Origin: Lytechinus pictus
Taxonomy: Eukaryota
DNA length: 64,000 nucleotides
Assembly (NCBI RefSeq): GCF_037042905.1
Contig: NC_087246.1
Coordinates: 6,822,001-6,886,000, forward strand
Direction: 5' to 3'
Of this stretch, positions 61,069 to 64,000 are shown piece after piece. The notes beneath the pieces were generated by a model. That model was not told the DNA's origin. It made no database searches and was given only the letters and a program-made list of their open reading frames with translations. Both the position numbers and the translations under genes were made by a program. The first letter of the stretch is position 1; each line of letters starts with the position of its first letter.

Positions 61069-64000
61069 CTGGACTACAGTATGCAAAAATGATAAATATT
61101 GACCAAATTTTATCATGTTGTGTTACACAGTAGATGTGATCAGCAAAAAGAATCAATTCAAAGTTTGTTGTCTCTGTACTCTGTTCTTCATTGCTTCATC
61201 TCATTATTGAACTTGGTCAACCATCTACATTCATCAATTTCTCCTCTGAGTTTAGTCCTAGAACAGTCATGATATAGTTGAAAATTGCAAGTCGAGGGCA
61301 GAGAAATTAGGTTACGAGAGAGGAATGGTAAACAAGGTAAAGCAAGCCAGTTACTTGCCCCCCCCCCCCCCCCGGTATTCCATATTTGGATAAATATCAT
61401 TTTTGATGTATGATACAAAGGATTTCAATCCCCTACCATACATCATAAACCCCATCCTGATTCATATAAGGATTCATATACACAGTGCAGTGAGTCCCTT
61501 CTACTGAATATATTCAAACACTCTCTTAACTCGTTCACACACGTCCTGAAACACCATATAGAAACATGTACAGGCAAACAGAATGTACTGTGAATGTATT
61601 GATGCTCAATCTTCTGTTTACAGTCCAGTAAGCAGATCTCTGTCATCTGTGCACAAATTTCACCTCCCCAACTCTACGATTTGTGGAGGACGTGAATGTA
61701 AAAAATTGCAGTCTTCTTAGCCAAATATCTTAATTGAGCAAGCCACAAATTTGCTAGAACAATTAGACTGTTCTTGCAAAAGTTCACGTTCAAATTTCAA
61801 CATGTGTTCTAATTATCTGTTGACCGGCAGTAGTTTATCAACATATTATTAACTTTTACACAAACATCATGAGAACTTTTCACAAATTAAACAAGAATCG
61901 TTTTATGACTCAACGGGGAAAAAATCTCTCTGAATTTGGTCTTTGCCATTTTTTTACACATCCAGGTCCTTTTCCAATTGTTCATGTGTACCATAGAACC
62001 GCACTTCATATATCAATCAGCAAAAGTCAGATTTATCAATGTATAAAGTAACTTTGTCATTTTAATACTGCTAGCTACAGTCATGCAACTTTTTTTTGTG
62101 TGTGTGAACATGTCTTACTTTTTCAATGTAGACTTGTCCATTTGATGCCACTCCTTTCTTTAATGATGAGTTTGTTTCTGCTTCACCTACCATCCTTTTA
62201 TTCTAATCTCAGTTTTAAATTGACAGCAAGCCAAAGCACTCCAAGAGATAACATATGACATCTATCACACATTTAACGCTTGTTTGGAAACTATAATGCA
62301 TTGTGAAAGGGAAGATTGCCGAATTCTAATTCATTTTAACACTCTCTAAAGAAGTGTAATGAACTTTGCCAATTGAATGTACTTTTCCAGTTGTTTGTCT
62401 TCATCTCTGTCATGAGTCTTGTCTCTTGAAATCTCTTTTTGGAGTTCTGATTTTATCTCGCTCTCTTCTCTCACACTCTTATTATACAGCTAATATTTTC
62501 ACATCTAAATAAGATGTAACTTGTGTCAATGAGAATCCTGAGAAGCATTCATCAAGTGTCTTTTCTGTGATTTTTCACATCAAAAATTTCTCTCTGCCAA
62601 TCAGGTGCAAAGATTAAAAAAAGTGTGTAACACTTGTCAGTGATCAGGGAATCGCTCTATAGAATTAGTTTTGGGAAGTAATGATGTTTTTCCCTGATCA
62701 TAGTATGGAACCTTATTTATAGACCCCTTGAATTAAGCAGTTAGAAGTATATATATTAAAAAATTTCCTGACACCCCCCTGCACCCTATCCAGCAAGAGT
62801 AATTGAACATCGAAGGCATGTATCATTTTATAACAGTCTCATTGAAAATAAGAAATTGCCTGGGAGGAAAGGAGCTTTTAGTGGCTGTTCAGAGAGCGGA
62901 AGTCGAGCCATTTTGTTGTTTGTTTTGATTAGCTTTGGGCTAAATGTCAGATTATCAGAAAAATACAACACTATCAAATGTTTCTTCTTTGGTAGGCAAT
63001 GTGACAATAGAAAAGGACATATTTTGTTGTTGGTTGACAGTCTAGGATTTGGCGGAGGGGAGATAAACAACCCTGCAACCTCCAGGCTGCAATATTAGTG
63101 GCGACAAAAGGCGTTGAATAACGTTCCCATTTCCGTGACCAGTGGCACTGCTCCTTTTCTCTCTTGCAATCAATAAGGACGGTCAACCCGCCAAAGTATT
63201 CCCAATCTCCATCCCCATTCTGCATACCAGGTTGCAAAAATATTATGGCAAGTTTAGAGTTTCATGGGCGATTGGTGTCCACGGGCCTTAGAGCATTAAG
63301 GTGTAGGGTAGATGGAGTGAGAAAGATTTGGTTGCCCTGCTGATGTTCAATCTGATATGATCTTCAAGTGGTTGCTTTAAGCTGGCCTGTCAGGATGTGT
63401 TCATTCCTATCTATTTTCCCTCTCTGAGTTTTGAATGTATCATGTGACAATACTGAACTTTTTGTTGGGGTCATTTGGTTCAATGAAAGCAAAAGCCTTT
63501 TTTCGAGTGTAGAATCATGGGTTGAATGATTGCAATGATGTGGCAATGAAGCTTATTACTGCAGGTGCCCATAGTAAGGAAGCAACAGAAAATCATCTTC
63601 AAAGATTAAAAAAAAAACCTGATGATTAAAAAAATATATATATGTTTGGAATCATAGTAAAAATAAGCAACATTAATCATTTGTTTTCTGCAATTTTCCT
63701 ATATAGCCTTCAAACTCTTAGTCTGAAAAATTCAATAAAATTGTTTTGACTTTAATTGTACTTGAATTTTTATTGTTCAGGACAGTAGTTCATATTATCA
63801 AAAGTACTCAATTGTCTCATAATTTTTTTTGTTAAAATATGTCAGTCTTTCCTTCTGAAATTTGGTCATTTTTAGTAAACGTAATTCAGGGATACCCCCA
63901 TCAATATGCACACTAGATATTTAATGATTTAGTTCTTCTAAACCATGATACTTCATACTTTTGAAATTGTCCTTTTATAAAACCCCAGTGTTCCCCAAAG

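Noticed and set aside
1745..61375. Numerous poly-G/poly-C runs as a functional G-quadruplex system
   Set aside because: They are scattered homopolymers, some being MITE termini, with no positional pattern.

Overview
AT-rich eukaryotic (animal) genomic DNA with no prokaryotic gene architecture, operons or CRISPR arrays. The repeat landscape (Kolobok, Harbinger, hAT, Tc1/pogo and Helentron-derived non-autonomous elements, tRNA-derived SINEs, poly-G runs) is reminiscent of a sea urchin or other invertebrate deuterostome; that assignment is inference only. The window is almost entirely intronic within one large + strand gene. Three short phase-0 coding exons are supported by splice signals: 14902-15006, 55578-55673 and a 33-nt microexon at 55962-55994. 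They encode low-complexity basic/Ser-rich peptide, and I could not identify the gene. About 25 transposon insertions could be delimited, many by terminal inverted repeats (TIRs) plus target-site duplications (TSDs), and some are nested. The most notable observation is that two Harbinger-type non-autonomous families keep fossil fragments of the two Harbinger proteins: a transposase N-terminus at 13759-13964 and a Myb/SANT helix at 20438-20500. Each Harbinger family also carries its own reiterated internal motif. In addition, the 105-nt exon is bracketed by inverted copies of two MITE families. The supplied ORF track is essentially noise. I found no intact novel multi-gene system.
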